In this document: positions 27,601 through 40,033 of the stretch, piece by piece
How the letters are laid out: every line of letters begins with the position of its first letter
Position numbering within the stretch: the stretch's first letter is position 1
From: Chrysemys picta bellii
Taxonomy: Eukaryota
Direction: 5' to 3'
DNA: 64,000 nucleotides
NCBI RefSeq assembly: GCF_011386835.1
Contig: NC_088797.1
Span: forward strand, 1,612,001 to 1,676,000
The notes under the pieces: generated by a model
The model's input: the letters and a program-made list of their open reading frames with translations, nothing else
Told to the model about the DNA's origin: nothing
Databases searched by the model: none
Program-made: the position numbers and the translations under genes

Positions 27601-30600
27601 TGTTTAAAGCAAGGAATGGGAGTTAAGGGGTCAGGTTCTCTTCCAGATTATGGTACTAATGTGTTGTTACTTTACAAAGTGACTTAACGTCTCTTTGCCT
27701 CAGTTTCCCCATCAGGGGTGCTCTCTAAGGCTTAATGTTTGTAAAGCACTTTCAGATCCTTAGATGGAAGGTGCTAGAGAAAAGCAAAGTATTATGGTTA
27801 GATGTGACTGGCAGTCTTTGCTCAAGAGGTGGAAAAAACATGGTGGTACAGATCAGGACAGAGGTGTATTGGCAAAGCTATGGGAGGAAACGTTCACAGC
27901 CCCTGCTCCCTCTGTTACCTGGGTTAAACCAGCTCCATCACTGTGACCTTCCTGAGCACTAAAGTGTCGCATAAATATTTAGGGAAATAGAAAAAATCTC
28001 ATTAGCATTTTTGGTGGCTTATTGCATGGTGAACTGTGTTTATATTGTATGTAAAATAACTCATTTCATTATATTTGAGGTACGCATGCTCAAGATTAGT
28101 TGAGTAAGATTTAAATCCATTACTGATGTATCATCCTCGGTGTAGAATTATAACTTTCTGAACTGTTTTTGCCGCCACTCTTGACCCATCAATTCTCTCT
28201 TGAGAGGCTAAGTGGACAAGAAGAAATGTGAGCTTTAATGTAAGATTAATCTCTTTAAACTATTGTCTCTTCCCTGTACATGTAGACTCAGGCATACGTA
28301 TTTCATACAACTGTTTTCTAATGTTTAATTTCTAATTTACCATCATTAAAACAACAGGCCTTTAAACTGCAGCCAAGTTAACACATTTGACTTTTTCCCC
28401 TTGCAACTTAGTCATAAGTACATAGGGTCAAATTCAGCTCTGGAATAAATGAGTAAACGCCACTAAAGTCAATAGAGTCAATCTCCATTTACTCCACTGC
28501 TGAATTTGGTTCTCTATCTATGACACCAGAAAAAGCAATAACTCCCAGATGCTCAGTGTAAATTGTGTGGCATGCTGATCTCAAAGAGCATAGCAAGCAG
28601 TCTGCTTGATGTAGTACACAATAATAGGAAAAGCTTCACATGGTTTCAGGTCCTAATTGCTCAGGAGTGCCATCAACTCTCTATCATCCTTCCCATACCT
28701 TCTGCTTCTACCCCACCAGAATGATCGGATCCATAGTTAGTTTGACTGTGAAGATACAATTTGCAGTTTTTACAGGTCATAAACTTCTTTCTGCACTGGT
28801 TAACCCTCCCACCGTTTTTCCCCTAGAAAATATCCAATGTCAAGTTGATCTATCCTAAATGTGAGGGTTGTGTCTGGGATGTAGTATTTACATTTGTAAA
28901 AAAGGGCCATCACCTCGTTTCTGGGCACCCTTACAGCAATTAAAATTACATATTGCTTAGATTTTCATCCCAAGAACACTTCTTCATAGATCCCACTAGA
29001 ATCTTCCTGAGGCAAAACCTCAGTTAATAGACAAGACCTGCACCATCATGAAGACATTTCAAGGTTCAGAGACTGAGATGTCAGAGAATCTAGAACCATG
29101 GGATTTCTTCTGATCACTTAGCTAGAAGGTGACATAGCTGATGTCCTGGGAGTTAATTACCAACTCAGATCCATCATATGGCAACACTTTGAACTGCAAC
29201 TAGATGTGCTGGCTAGATATTAACCAGAGGAGATGTTTCCCTATAGCAGTGTTTCCCAAACTTGGGACACCGCTTGTGTAGGGAAAGCCCCTGGCGGGCC
29301 GGGCTGGTTTGTTTACCTGCCGCGTCCGCAGGTCCGGCCGATTGCGGCTCCGACTGTGTGTGTGAACTCATTTCAATGGAAACATAGGGAAATTAGTTAG
29401 TAAAATTTTTTCAATAGTTAGACTTCTGAACCAATTTTATGCAAACTTAAAAATCTCCTTAAGAATAGGAAATTAAAACAAGGATTGAAAGAAGCTTAGA
29501 TTGGACATTGGAATTTACTTTACCTATATTGTATTCTGTTCTTGAAAACTGTGATGGAATGTAGCAAAAACTTTCACTGTAGCATGCATGTTTTTCAGTA
29601 CCCAAAGGCACATCTTAAATTTATTTAACTATACTTGCCTGTTATTTTATAGCAAATGGAGAGAGTTATGAACCTCCGGGGCAGTTGTAGGCTGAATGGA
29701 AATTTTCACTCTGTTCCAGGTTTCAGAGCGAATGAAGATAGTTGATGTAATAGGGGAGAAGGTGTATCGAGATGGGGAGCGAATCATTTCTCAGGTATTT
29801 GGACTTTGAATTCCCCCCTCTTTTTTTATATTACATAGAATCATAGATATCGGTTTGGTTGTCCAGTTTGACCTTGTTCACACCATTATTCCTACTAACA
29901 TCTCATTTAAGGTTTTTTTTTATTATTTTCAGGGATGGGTTGGTATCTAGTCCCTCTAGGTTTTTGTTCCATTATCCATTTTTCTTCTTATTTACTTCTT
30001 GCTTGTGAATATTTTTAAAAGCCTTTTTTCAAAAGTTATACAGGAAGTACAATAAAATGAATTACTCTTATTTGGGTTATTAAGAAAAAAAGTGTGCAGA
30101 TATTCATGGGGAAGGCAAAAGGCACATCCTTGACACACAGGGGGCAGTCCCCTAACAAATTACAACTTCCTGCTCCAAAGCACTGAAGTCCTAGAGCTTC
30201 TCAAAGAAAAGATTGCCTGAATTTTTTAACATGGGCAAAACATATTTTTTCCTAGGCTAATTCTTGGATACAGCTGAACCATTTTGGCTGGAATTTTCCC
30301 AAAAAACCCTCCTGCAGCAGAGGGCTGGCATGGAAAATTTCAGCCCAAATGGTTACTTTTGCAAAGTTATAAACAACTGAAAATTCAGTCTTATTATGGG
30401 AAGTGCTGGTCACTGTTCTTGGTAGGCGAAGCTTCTGTCCTGTCTACAAAACACTTGTCTCTGTACTTGCGTATATATGGGATCACAGTAAAGCTAGACA
30501 GGTAATGGGGGTCACCCTGTTAGTCCTAAGGTGAACACACAGTATTTCCAAGGGTGGTCGTTCTGGTGCATTTGTTGCTACACACCCATTTTTCCCCAGC

Positions 30601-33600
30601 CATTTTGCACTTCAAGGTCATATTTAGTTGATTACCTGAAGCCACCCTATAATATCTTTCTTGGACTTGGTTGCTCTTCAGGTAGCTGTCCACCAATTTG
30701 TATCTTTTTTCCCCTTGATTAAGTAACTTTGTTTCTTTAATATTATATTTTTGGCTCTATACTGAATGCCTTATTGACATCCCAATATACTCCATCCACT
30801 CATTGTCAGATATACCATTAATCCTATAGAATGCCATTTGATTTGTTGGCATAGCTTAGTTTTAGCAATACAATATCTTTTATGAGTTTTTAGACACCTT
30901 TCCCACAGAAGTTGATGTATTAGACTCTTATTAGTCTCAGCTGTTTTGCCCAGAATGTGTCGGGTTAATTAGCTGGTAATTTTCTGGTTCTTTCCTCCTA
31001 TTGGTCTTAAAGGAATAGTTGCTACCATGTATGGTATTTTCCAGAATGCTAGTGTCTCTCCAATGACTCACTGAAACTTGTTTTCAGAGGTTCCAGGCCT
31101 TCCTTGGTTAGTTTTGTTAAAAACTATATGATGCGTTTCATCAGGATCTGCAGTAGTTTTGCCAGATTTTTCCCCGTCTTTGTTTGCCCTTTTGCTGTTG
31201 GCCTGCTTCCTGCACAAGGGTTTGACTACAAGTTGAGCAGAAGCAGCTCATTGCAGTGTTGATTCTTTGGATATTTTCTCATACTTGCTCTCCTGTTTGA
31301 TGTTACAGAGATTCTGTGTATTCCTTACCTTTCTCTTTTACTGAACGTACTTCTAGAACCCTTTCTTATTTCTTTTGACTCCTCTAGTTATCACTTCGTT
31401 GCTTTGTTTTTGTACCCGGTCAACTTCCTGTCAATTTTTTCCCTTGTATTTCACCAGCCTTCCTTGTTGATACTGGCATTGTTAGCCTTTTGGATGTCAG
31501 CAGGTGAACTCTCCTCAGACTCCTCGTCCCCATTTTCAGCTACTCCTTTAGCCCAATTTAGGCCACTTCCTGTATTACTCACTGCAGCAAATTTTCAACT
31601 TGTGCACAATTTAACACTAAGCCCTGTATAGTGTGAACATTGGAAGATAATTTCTGCATCTTAAAATAGGATGGCTAATTTATTCTTACCTTTTCTCTTT
31701 ATAGGGTGATAAAGCAGACAGCTTTTACATTGTAGAGTCTGGTGAAGTAAAAATCTTGATTAAAAGCAAGGTGAGTTCAAATACAGTTATGGGGTGAGAA
31801 GTCAAGAGCTATTGCGGTTTAGAAACTAAGTGACAGGAAACAAAAAGAGATAAATGGTCAATTTTCACTATAGCCAAACGTTAATGGAGAGGAGGTGTAG
31901 CATGGTTCCATAATAGAGTCAGTGGTGGTTAATATATTTATCAATGTGCTGGGAAAAGGAGTGAACAGTGAGTTGGCAAAACCAGCAGATGACACACTAA
32001 TGTAGGTGAATAAAGACTACAGAAGAGTGAAAAGTTGCAGAGGGACCTAACAAAGTGAATGGGCAGCACGATAGCAGGTTACATTCAGTGTTAAAACATG
32101 CGTAGTTAACACTGAAAGGAAAAAATTTGAACCATTTCATGCTATTGCTGTGTTCTAAATTTAAAAAAAGTCCCGGGCATCATTGTAGACAGCCCTGCTC
32201 AATATACATCTAGGGGGGCAGGGGAGGCTAAAAAGAAAAATAACCTCTTATAATAGGAGATCAAGGAGACATTGACTGAAATTGAAAACACATTAGTTTA
32301 AAACTGATTCATGGAGGTTTCTTACACCTTCTCTGAAGCATGTGGTACTGGATAGGGTTAGACAGGAGAGTGGGCTAGATGGATTCTCGGCCTGATCTAC
32401 GTTCTTAATAAAAGTGCTGTGCTGTACAACAGACTATGTTAAGATTTGATAATTATTGTTTCCAGTTGGGCAAGGCAGGCTGTACATCTCCCTAAAGTGG
32501 CTTCAAGCTATTTCAAAAAACGATTCTGAAGATGACGCATGTCTGTTTGAGAAACATGCTTTGCTTCCATCCGCACATGTGCAAATTGCCATGATGTTCC
32601 CTTCCAAACTTCAAACATGGATACAGTCTTCCCTGGGGGGACTGTAGTAGGTGACAGTCAACAGATACTCAAAGTACAGCATCTTTTAACTCTTTGCCCT
32701 TCCTGTGACTTCTTTTAACTGGAGACTTGCTTTCAAACGAATAGTTCTCCCAGTTTGAGGCAATCTTTATGAGGCAGAGCCTTGTGTATGTTATACTTAA
32801 AATCTTTGTAGGGAATATTCTGGAGACCCTGTGCACAGGATACTGAGCCATTACTGAAGCATTTCTCTGCCAGCTGTGATCTTCTGTTCAGGGAGAGCTG
32901 TATGCATAGCACTGTGTAGCAATTAAAATATTCACTTCACATATTGTTCTGTTTCTGGCACAGACTATGACAAGTAAGGATGCTAACCAGGAAGTGGAGA
33001 TTGCCCGGTGTCACAAAGGACAGTATTTTGGAGAGCTTGCACTTGTTACCAACAAACCCAGAGCAGCCTCTGCCTATGCTGTTGGGGATGTCAAGTGTTT
33101 AGGTAAGGGTACTTTGTGCTGCTAGGTCTCTCTCTGCAGTAGGTGCCTTCAAGCAATGCCCAATCGCTTCATGTTGTCTATGCTATTCCATTAAGTTGTA
33201 TAGCCATGTAGATCCTAACTGGCATCCAATCTGGATTGCTTGTTCTTCAGGTAAGGCCAGGAGTTTTGGCCTGTAAGAGACCTTCAGGACTTCAGTCTGG
33301 GAACCATTGTTGCCTTCATCTTGCCTTTCTTTGTACCATCTCTGTTTTGACTGGGGATGGCAGAAGTGCCAGTGGAGGTTAAGTGTGTTACTTCCTTTAT
33401 GTGCCTGGCCTCCACCATTCCAGAAAAGCGAAGTCATAAATAGTCGAGTGTGTATCTGCAGCATGGTAGCATAAAAGCACAACCTCCATTCAGCTTGATT
33501 TCCTTCCCTTTAAAGATGTTTGTTACACATGACTTTGAGATTTTTCAGTATTGCTTGTATTGCAGCTGTGTATTTTTGCATTTGACCTCCAGATTTATCC

Positions 33601-33953
33601 CAGGATCAGACATTTATTTTTTAGTCTCCTGGATCAGCACGATAGCTTTGTAAAACTAGAAGTTTGACTTCAGTGGGTGTGGCTTCCACTGAAACATTAA
33701 AACCATATTGGCTGGACTCAAGTTACGTGAGTTTTAGAAAGTAATTGGGATTAGGTTATTGCCTTATTTTGGAGGACGGCTCTTTATTTGTTTTCACTCT
33801 TCTATTTGTTTCTGTGTAGTCATGGATGTGCAAGCATTCGAGAGGCTGCTTGGCCCCTGCATGGACATTATGAAGAGGAATATAACACATTATGAGGAGC
33901 AGCTGGTGGCAATGTTTGGTTCAAGCATGGACCTGTTGGATCCAGGGAATTAG
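6592..33953 (+). CDS. PRKAR2A: cAMP-dependent protein kinase type II-alpha regulatory subunit, 3' partial gene; join(6592..6698,18470..18623,27220..27321,29720..29794,31705..31770,32964..33102,33820..33953)
   Basis: Seven AG/GT-bounded exons splice in frame to [11 protein letters not shown]...[14 protein letters not shown]...[14 protein letters not shown]...[11 protein letters not shown]. These contain both cyclic-nucleotide phosphate-binding cassettes. [14 protein letters not shown] and the GSSMDL tail fit RII-alpha better than RII-beta. No earlier exon was found in 1-6591. Confidence 0.97.
8175..9240 (-). mobile_element. CR1 LINE 3' portion
   Basis: ORF 8923-9285 contains [19 protein letters not shown]...SADDTNLG; CR1 3' UTR near 8180-8250. 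Confidence 0.88.
9240..10645 (+). mobile_element. DIRS-type tyrosine-recombinase retrotransposon relic (RT to N-terminal part of YR)
   Basis: [14 protein letters not shown] / [22 protein letters not shown] (RT), [26 protein letters not shown] and [17 protein letters not shown] (YR region). Confidence 0.8.
10650..12610 (-). mobile_element. CR1 LINE (about 2 kb) inserted into the DIRS relic
   Basis: ORFs 11065-11277, 11277-11465 and 12066-12254 are CR1 ORF2 pieces ([31 protein letters not shown]); 3' tail at about 10650. Confidence 0.9.
12620..12970 (+). mobile_element. DIRS tyrosine-recombinase fragment, continuing 9240-10645
   Basis: [12 protein letters not shown], and in a shifted frame [30 protein letters not shown]. 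Confidence 0.78.
13000..13210 (-). mobile_element. CR1 ORF2 endonuclease N-terminus; decayed ORF1 may continue to about 14400
   Basis: [19 protein letters not shown] is the typical start of the CR1 APE domain. Confidence 0.7.
14595..15703 (+). mobile_element. Young 5'-truncated CR1 LINE
   Basis: About 1 kb of stop-free ORF2 ([23 protein letters not shown]) broken only by a 1-nt deletion near 14951; tail tctatgaaatctatgaa. Confidence 0.95.
15704..16470. mobile_element. Probable LTR-derived fragments
   Basis: Similar in places to the LTR-like segment at 16663-17830 (e.g. acaaag...gagaaa...caggt...tc); no termini resolved. Confidence 0.35.
16484..16662 (-). mobile_element. tRNA-derived tortoise Pol III/SINE with CR1-derived 3' tail
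   Basis: The minus strand reads GGGAGGGATAGCTCAGTGG (A box)...GTGAGTTCAGTCC (B box-like), then gctggactcgatgacctttcaaggtcccttccagttctaggag, which matches the CR1 3' end. Confidence 0.88.
16663..17830 (+). mobile_element. Probable solo LTR (about 1.17 kb)
   Basis: Begins gtgac and ends cataaca; TATAAA near 16969; size and organisation resemble the TSD-flanked LTRs at 21432 and 25934; no TSD resolved. Confidence 0.55.
18470..18623 (+). CDS. PRKAR2A: PRKAR2A coding exon (154 nt), cAMP-binding domain A cassette
   Basis: ttccag|G...CTG|gtaagt; [51 protein letters not shown]. Confidence 0.97.
19293..19601. mobile_element. hAT-superfamily non-autonomous element (MITE)
   Basis: Termini cgggtaggcaacct / aggttgccaacccctg; perfect 8-bp TSD TCCTATAT (19285-19292 and 19602-19609). 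Confidence 0.9.
20630..21234 (+). mobile_element. L2 LINE relic, interrupted by the hAT MITE at 20759-21119
   Basis: aagactgaact...caccatcctttctgtcactcagg...gtcatccatgactc and ctagtccctcaggccctcattacct resemble the 3' part of L2 ORF2. Confidence 0.6.
20759..21119. mobile_element. hAT MITE
   Basis: TIRs cagtggttcgcaac / gattgagaacccctg; 8-bp TSD ctcaaagc / ctctaagc (1 mismatch). Confidence 0.85.
21235..24190 (-). mobile_element. CR1 LINE split by a solo LTR (21235-21431 plus 22586-24190)
   Basis: ORF 23301-23642 reads [15 protein letters not shown]...[14 protein letters not shown]...YLDFTK; the CR1 sequence is continuous across the LTR. Confidence 0.88.
21432..22580 (-). mobile_element. Solo LTR (1149 bp)
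   Basis: TGTGA...TCACA termini; 5-bp TSD AACCC (21427-21431 and 22581-22585); AATAAA on the minus strand at 21774-21779. Confidence 0.88.
24290..25810 (-). mobile_element. CR1 LINE fragment
   Basis: ORF 25262-25477 reads [12 protein letters not shown]...[20 protein letters not shown]. Confidence 0.88.
25934..27113 (-). mobile_element. Solo LTR (1180 bp), related to 21432-22580
   Basis: TGTGAC...GTCACA termini; 5-bp TSD GCAGC (25929-25933 and 27114-27118); minus-strand AATAAA at 26333-26338. Confidence 0.88.
27220..27321 (+). CDS. PRKAR2A: PRKAR2A coding exon (102 nt)
   Basis: ttacag|GAT...GAG|gtaaag; [34 protein letters not shown]. Confidence 0.97.
27615..27795 (+). mobile_element. MIR-like CORE-SINE relic
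   Basis: gtgacttaacgtctctttgcctcagtttccccatc core; tttgtaaagcactttcagatcc tail. Confidence 0.65.
29247..29355. mobile_element. hAT MITE left-end fragment
   Basis: cagtgtttcccaaact terminus followed by a GC-rich subterminal region; no partner end found. Confidence 0.55.
29720..29794 (+). CDS. PRKAR2A: PRKAR2A coding exon (75 nt)
   Basis: ttccag|GTT...CAG|gtattt; [25 protein letters not shown]. Confidence 0.96.
31705..31770 (+). CDS. PRKAR2A: PRKAR2A coding exon (66 nt)
   Basis: ttatag|GGT...AAG|gtgagt; [22 protein letters not shown]. Confidence 0.96.
31880..32410 (+). mobile_element. Old, deleted CR1 relic
   Basis: atatttatcaatgtgctgggaaaaggagtgaacagtgag...gcagatgacac resembles CR1 RT; 3' UTR remnant gggctagatgga...gttctta. 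Confidence 0.65.
32964..33102 (+). CDS. PRKAR2A: PRKAR2A coding exon (139 nt), cAMP-binding domain B cassette
   Basis: gcacag|ACT...TTAG|gtaagg; [46 protein letters not shown]. Confidence 0.97.
33820..33953 (+). CDS. PRKAR2A: PRKAR2A last coding exon
   Basis: gtgtag|TC ATG...AAT TAG; (V)[43 protein letters not shown]. Confidence 0.97.
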
Positions 33954-36900
33954 GCACAGGGTATCTTAGTGCCTTCTCAGTTCAAGACACAGAAAAGCCT
34001 CCTATCAGCAACACAACACAACACATAAGGAAAAATGGACACTACAGAACAGTTACTGCTGCTGTCTTCTTGGGCATTTTAGAAATAAATAAATAAGTCT
34101 CAGCACAGATGGATGGGGAGAGGCTCACTCCATGCCTCCACTTTGCTGCTGAAATTTCATTATTAGGCTTAGTTTAAAGATGATTCTAACCCTTCTCTCA
34201 CTTGTTTGGCTCAGAATGGCATGTCTCTCCAACCATTTAAGTGCCTGATGCGAAACCCAAAGTGTAAAAGATACAGAACCTTCTTTTTCTTTCTCATTTT
34301 ATTGTTGTGGTAAATCTTCAGAGCAGATCTGTAATGACAGGCTGCTTATCTCCCCCCAGGGAGCAGCCTTCTCTTTACAGTCTCTTAATATCTTCCTTTG
34401 ACACTTCCTTTACATAATGTCAAAAATTTAATTGTAGCATTTGGGTTTGACGTCGAATATATCAAGGGGACTTGAAATTATCAGAGCCATTGAATAAGTT
34501 GGTATTGAGGTGTTCCTGCCATCTGCTGAAAGCTTCAGGTACTGCAGTTCTGTAATAAAACTATAAACAAACCTGGGGGCACAAGAAATAACTGCTCAAT
34601 ACTGAAATGCAGAAAATGAAGAATGATTGACTTCTGAACATTTTCTGAGCAGTAAAGAGAATTGTTTTAGTTCTTTATGCTACCAAACATATGCAGAGAG
34701 TTTGATAGTGGTCCAACAGCTCCAGTGGCCTGAAGGTGCCATAGCTGTATCATCCCCATCTCCATTTCTTAAAGTGGGCAGATTTTACTGCTGAGATGTT
34801 GCAGCACATGACCCTCTCCTGCTTTTAGAGATATCCTTTATACTGCTAGATTTCACAGGGCATTGCTGTTGTCTGGATCAGTTTTAAAACTCTCTTTTTA
34901 AGGAGGTTAATTTTTGGTAATTTAAAGGAACAATATTTATGTACTTAAGCAGCTCCCCCCAATTCTAATATTTTGTAATATTCTTTAACTTGATTGGACA
35001 CTTAGATACTTCCAAATGCCAAGTCTGTTTGTTAAATCTTTCAGAAATTAGCAACATTTGACTTCATGAAGCAAATGCCTTTGCTAACTAGGCAGTTGGT
35101 GTGTTTGGAGTGGTCTTTTGATTTAGGTAACAATTCAGTTAAAGATATTTATCTGTCAAATCTGCAGCATTTATTAGGGAGACTTCTATTTCTATAGATC
35201 TATTGACCTTAAGGCACATCCTGATGAGATTTTATCAGAGTATTATCTAAATGAGACTCAGACCTTCAGGGGGACCCTTTTTATGATATAAAATAAAATA
35301 TTTATATAAAGAAAAGGCATTGAATTTGTAGGTAATAAGTCTAGTGGTCCCCTTTCCATTTTCAGTCTTCTAAATTTATGTGAAACTTACGCACATGTTT
35401 CTGGGATGGTGAAATTTTAATTGCAGACTCTGGGTGGAACTGAACCCACTATTTAGTTTTTTATGACCACCTGAACAAGGGGAGAGAATACTACAACTCT
35501 GAAGTCCTGCTTGTTAGAAATCTGCTCTTTTTAACAAGTGGAAGGTGAAGAACTACAACACGGAGTTGGCTTCTAGCCCATAATATTTTCCTTCCTCCTC
35601 CCAGCTCCTGCACTGTTCTGTAAAGTGGGATCCGTATCAGGTTGAGGCTGTACTGTCTAGTTACAGTAGATTGCATTACGCTTTCAGATGATGGACTGAT
35701 TTGTAATGAATACCACTGAACAAGGTGTGCCACACTCTTATCTAGTTGCTCTTGTAACTGCCTCCATTCTTAGCACAGTGCGTTTCCCCTGCTTTACTGT
35801 ACAGGTTCAGTTCTGCAAGGCTAAAAAAACAGCAGGAACTGGAATTTCATTCATGCTTCTGAGGTTTAACACTAAAAACACTCATAAGCTTTCTTTGTAA
35901 TTGTAGAATTTAAAAAAAAAACAAAAAACAGTTGGCAGGTCCTCACGCTGATAACTGAGAGATTAGATTCAAAAGTAGACTCAGGCTCCCAAGCCAGGCC
36001 AGCTGTGGATTGTCCAGGCAATCCAGACACAAGCTGGTCTCCAAACCCATCTGAGTTTCCATACAGCTTAAGCTGTCACATGAACCAAAGAGGATCTCTC
36101 TGAATACATATCCTCAACCAGCTTTGGTCCTTCCCATACGAACACTTCCTCAGATGCCCCTCCCTTGTATCCACTGGAGTGCAGCACGTTTGGCTACATT
36201 ACAATGTTCAGTTCTCTGCATTATAGGTCTCGGTGCCTCAGAATATGCAAACCTTGTAAACGGTACTGAAGCCTGGCCCAAAGGAAGCAAAGTCTACTGG
36301 GTACCCTTGTTAGGGCCTTAAGGAACTTCTGAATGGAAGGATTTTAATGGATTTAGAAGGCAGAGGGAAGGAACATGAGGCCATGGACTCAGAAAGCTAG
36401 AGGTTCCAGATGAGGGAGAACAGATTTACAAACTTCTACCCATCTCTGTGCTCCTTGAACGCAGCACGGTGGCATTATCACACAGAGCCGTGTGACACCC
36501 AATGTCAGATGGGACACTCTGGTATGATGCAAGTGTGCAATTGAACTTTGAGCAGAGAGAATGAACCTCAGGGGGCCATCAGTTTAAAGTCCATCATTTG
36601 GGATTTGCCTGGCTGGTCTGGATTGTTTTAACCAATTTGCTTTGTAGTCTTCTGAGGAGTGGGGACAGGAAGATAGGGAGAGGTGACCTATTGAATGTTA
36701 CTCAATAGCACCATTGTCCTTTATTCATACTCTGGCTGGCTAGCCAAAGTCAGAGTGCTTGAAAGTAGCTAGAGAGAACTGACTGAGAGACATTGACCAA
36801 TAGTGATTCAGCTGCATCACCACATCCCTGTCTTACTCTCCAGCCACTTTTGTTTTAATGTCTCTAATGGATGTGTGAGTTTCTCTGGTGGCATGGCTCT

Positions 36901-37880
36901 GTGTTTAGTAAATCTGCCGTGGATTCTCAGCAACTGGTAGTGGAGAGAGCTCTAGTTTAATAAGAGAACTCAGCAGCAAAGTGGGTAAGAGGATGGTGAC
37001 CTTGAGATTTGGAGAAATATCTGTCTTATTTCTGATTCTCTGCTTGTGATTGTTGTGAAGTCAGTGAGAGGAGCTTTCAGTGGTCAAGTGTCCTGGCATA
37101 TGGTATTTCTGGTTAACGTCACAGCACAGGTTTCACAATGTACAAAAAAAAGCTGTCTCTTTTTAAAAAAAAACAAAAACAAAGTGCAGTTTTGCACAGA
37201 GGAAAAAAGAAAAACCCCTTTGAATGTCACTTTCCATTCTCTTTCGTTTTCAGTTAGCTGATGTTGGGACTCTGGTTCTTGACATGTATTTGTAAACCAG
37301 TCTTGCCAAAATACAAATGTTTTGGGTTTTTTCACTCCAGCTACCTTTTGTTGTTATTACAGTTACTTCGGTTTTCAGTCACTTCAACCATATGCTTTAT
37401 TTCAAGAGGCCTTCCTTGTAATTTCTCTCTTTACAGGCTATAGTGTTGTATCAGTATTTAAAGATGCAAAAGAAAACCACTAGCTTCATAAGAGAATTAC
37501 TGAAATCCACTTAGCCTGGCTGGAGCTAAAGATGTTCTACCAATATTTTCCTCCTCTCAGAAAAAAAAAAAAAAAAGAATTCTGCATAAAGATGCTACCT
37601 CAAGGCTCCAAGTGCTTTAAAGGTCTTTCACCTGGGAGAATTCCATAAGTCAGTTTTGCAAATTGGTCTGTTGCATTGAGTTAAATGTTTTTTATTGATT
37701 GATTCATTGGGAGACCCATATTTTATTAACTCATTTTACAACTAGTATTTGATTCTCAAAGGATGAGTGATTACAGAGAGATTGATTCTTGCACTATCAT
37801 GTTGACAGTGGGGGAAAAAAATACCTGCCATATAAGCTTATGGTTTAAAAACATTCTGGGGTTCAGCTTCACTTTTGGTT

Positions 37881-37886
37881 AATAAA
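37881..37886 (+). terminator. Candidate distal polyadenylation signal of PRKAR2A (implies a 3' UTR of about 3.9 kb)
   Basis: AATAAA followed about 40 nt later by a GT-rich tract (tgtgtgtgtt). More proximal AATAAA hexamers occur near 34085, 34554 and 35292. Confidence 0.45.
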
Positions 37887-39993
37887 ATGCTGACATGTCG
37901 TGTCCAGCCTTCCTGGTACAATCCTGTGTGTGTGTTAACTTATTCCAGCTGACACAGCCCCCCACAGCATTATGTAATGAAGTGGCTGGGTATGTCTACT
38001 GACAAAGGAGAAAGCTAAATTCCTTGGAGGACGGCTGGAGGCACTATAGTTAGTACTCTCAGTGGCCTGCTGAAGATGGTATTCTCTCCCTGACACAATA
38101 AAACCAGTTACAAAATTCCCCAACCACCGAATTTTACCATTTGGTGAGAGGACCCTATTGAGGCATTTAGATTACACCTGTATGTGGCTATTATTGCTAT
38201 GGATAAAACCAGTTCCTATTGCTATTGTTGCCACACTACATGGTAAAATGGTGCGACTGGCATTCTGATTTATTATTTGAATACTGTTGGTGTGTTGAGC
38301 ACTGTGCAAAACATAGATTGCCCTAAAACAAATTCTGAAAGAGAACAAAACTAGTTTTAAGGTGAGATAAGCTTCTAAAGTTAGCTGCCCTGCGTTTGTG
38401 GCTGACGCATAGTGTGTGCTGAGCTGTGGCTGTCTATTTCTTTAACAAAACTAACACAAAACCTTTAAAGGAAACACGTAAACATCCAGTACAAAAGATG
38501 TGCTGTGTGACCTGGAGAGTTTACTATCTGAACACCCAGCATGATGGCATATTTGCTTTTGCTGAGGTGGTTTTATTTTAACCCTCTTAAAATGTATATA
38601 CAGCTTTAAATGTATAGATATGGGAGAAGAATTCTGGTGTATCCATGGGACACTGATCAACTTTCAAAATGGAAAGTGTCTTAGCAAATTCACTAGGGGC
38701 TTTGGATGACATAAATGTGTCAAGTCTCTGGGCTTTGCTTCCCATGTCAGCATTGGGAAGCTGGGAATTGTTCAGATCCGTGTCACTAAAAGGTATGAAG
38801 TGCATCCACTAGAGACTCTGTCTCCCCAATCAAGACGTGAGCTAAAGATTGGATCCGAAGCTTGCCAGGAGCACTAGGCGTTTGGAAGAACCCCACACCT
38901 TCTGGGCATTCGAATCCCTCTCCATTGGAACCGAGAGGGGAGAGAAACTTCCCAGCCCAAGAAAACAAGCGGCATGGAGCTGGGTCTACCTTGGCACCAA
39001 GCAGAGCAACATAGTTTACTGATGTCTAAGCATCACGTGCACAGACACTTGTCATCTAGGATCAGCATATCAGCAAGATGTTAGATTTGAGCTATTACCC
39101 CACTGCGGTGAATGGGGACAGATCTCTGCCATTGTTTCAGGCTGGCTGCAGACTCAAGGAAGATAGCACTGCAGCAGTTCTTTTTGGTTTGTGTTTTTGA
39201 AGGCTCTCTTTGGCAGGAAGAGGCCTACACAAATAACTGTTCTTGAATGAAAGCAGAGAGACCACAGCAAGGCAGGGAATTCCCCAACAGCAGAATCCTG
39301 GCGCACAGGTCATGTGGAAAGGCACTACAGGACAGTAAGTCACATCTCCTGGGCCAAGCAGTTGGATCCACAAGGGTACATGTGCAGCCTCTATGGATAC
39401 AGCCATCCAGAAGGCTGAATTTGTGTGCCAAAGAAACAGGCAGCCCAAGAGTGTGGAACTCTGCAAACAACCGTGAAAACCCCTACTTACTGGTCAGTAA
39501 CCTTTCTGCTTAAGGCCATCAAACCAACAGTCAGGAAAGGGGTAGGGGAGGTTGTTGTGATTAAAAAAAGTGAGAATCCTTTGGGAATTGTTGGATTGAG
39601 TTTTTTAAAAAGTAGGTTTTAAAAATAAGACCAACTGAAGAAGTTTTGTGCTCAGGTTGTTATCCCTAGCAAAACGACAGACAGACGCACGCCATGAGGA
39701 GCAACAGTGGCCTCAGCAGGCACTGATCCTTCCAAGCACAGCTCCTACAGTGTCCACAATGAAACTGTAATGCACACGGGCCTTGTCTACACAGAAACTA
39801 TCCCAGTGTTCAGAGTGGTGCGGTTGTATCTTAGAGCCTGGCTGTAGACAATGGATTGTGTGATGTGGTCTGGATGAAAGCTGGAGGCATGTAGGTAAGT
39901 ATAGTGGTCAGTAGGTTTCTAGTATAGGGTGGTGTTTATGTGACCATCGCTTATTAGCACTGTAGGGTCTAGGAAGTGTTGTGTGGACTGGAC

Positions 39994-40033
39994 TGTTAGT
40001 CTCTAAGGTGCCACAAGGACTCCTCGTTGTTTT
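39994..40033 (+). mobile_element. Penelope-like element 3'-end fragment
   Basis: tgttagtctctaaggtgccacaaggactcctc matches the copies at 51484, 53213 and 62799. Confidence 0.7.

Noticed and set aside
6592-33953. Alternative assignment as PRKAR2B
   Set aside because: [14 protein letters not shown] and the GSSMDL tail match the recalled RII-alpha sequence, not RII-beta.
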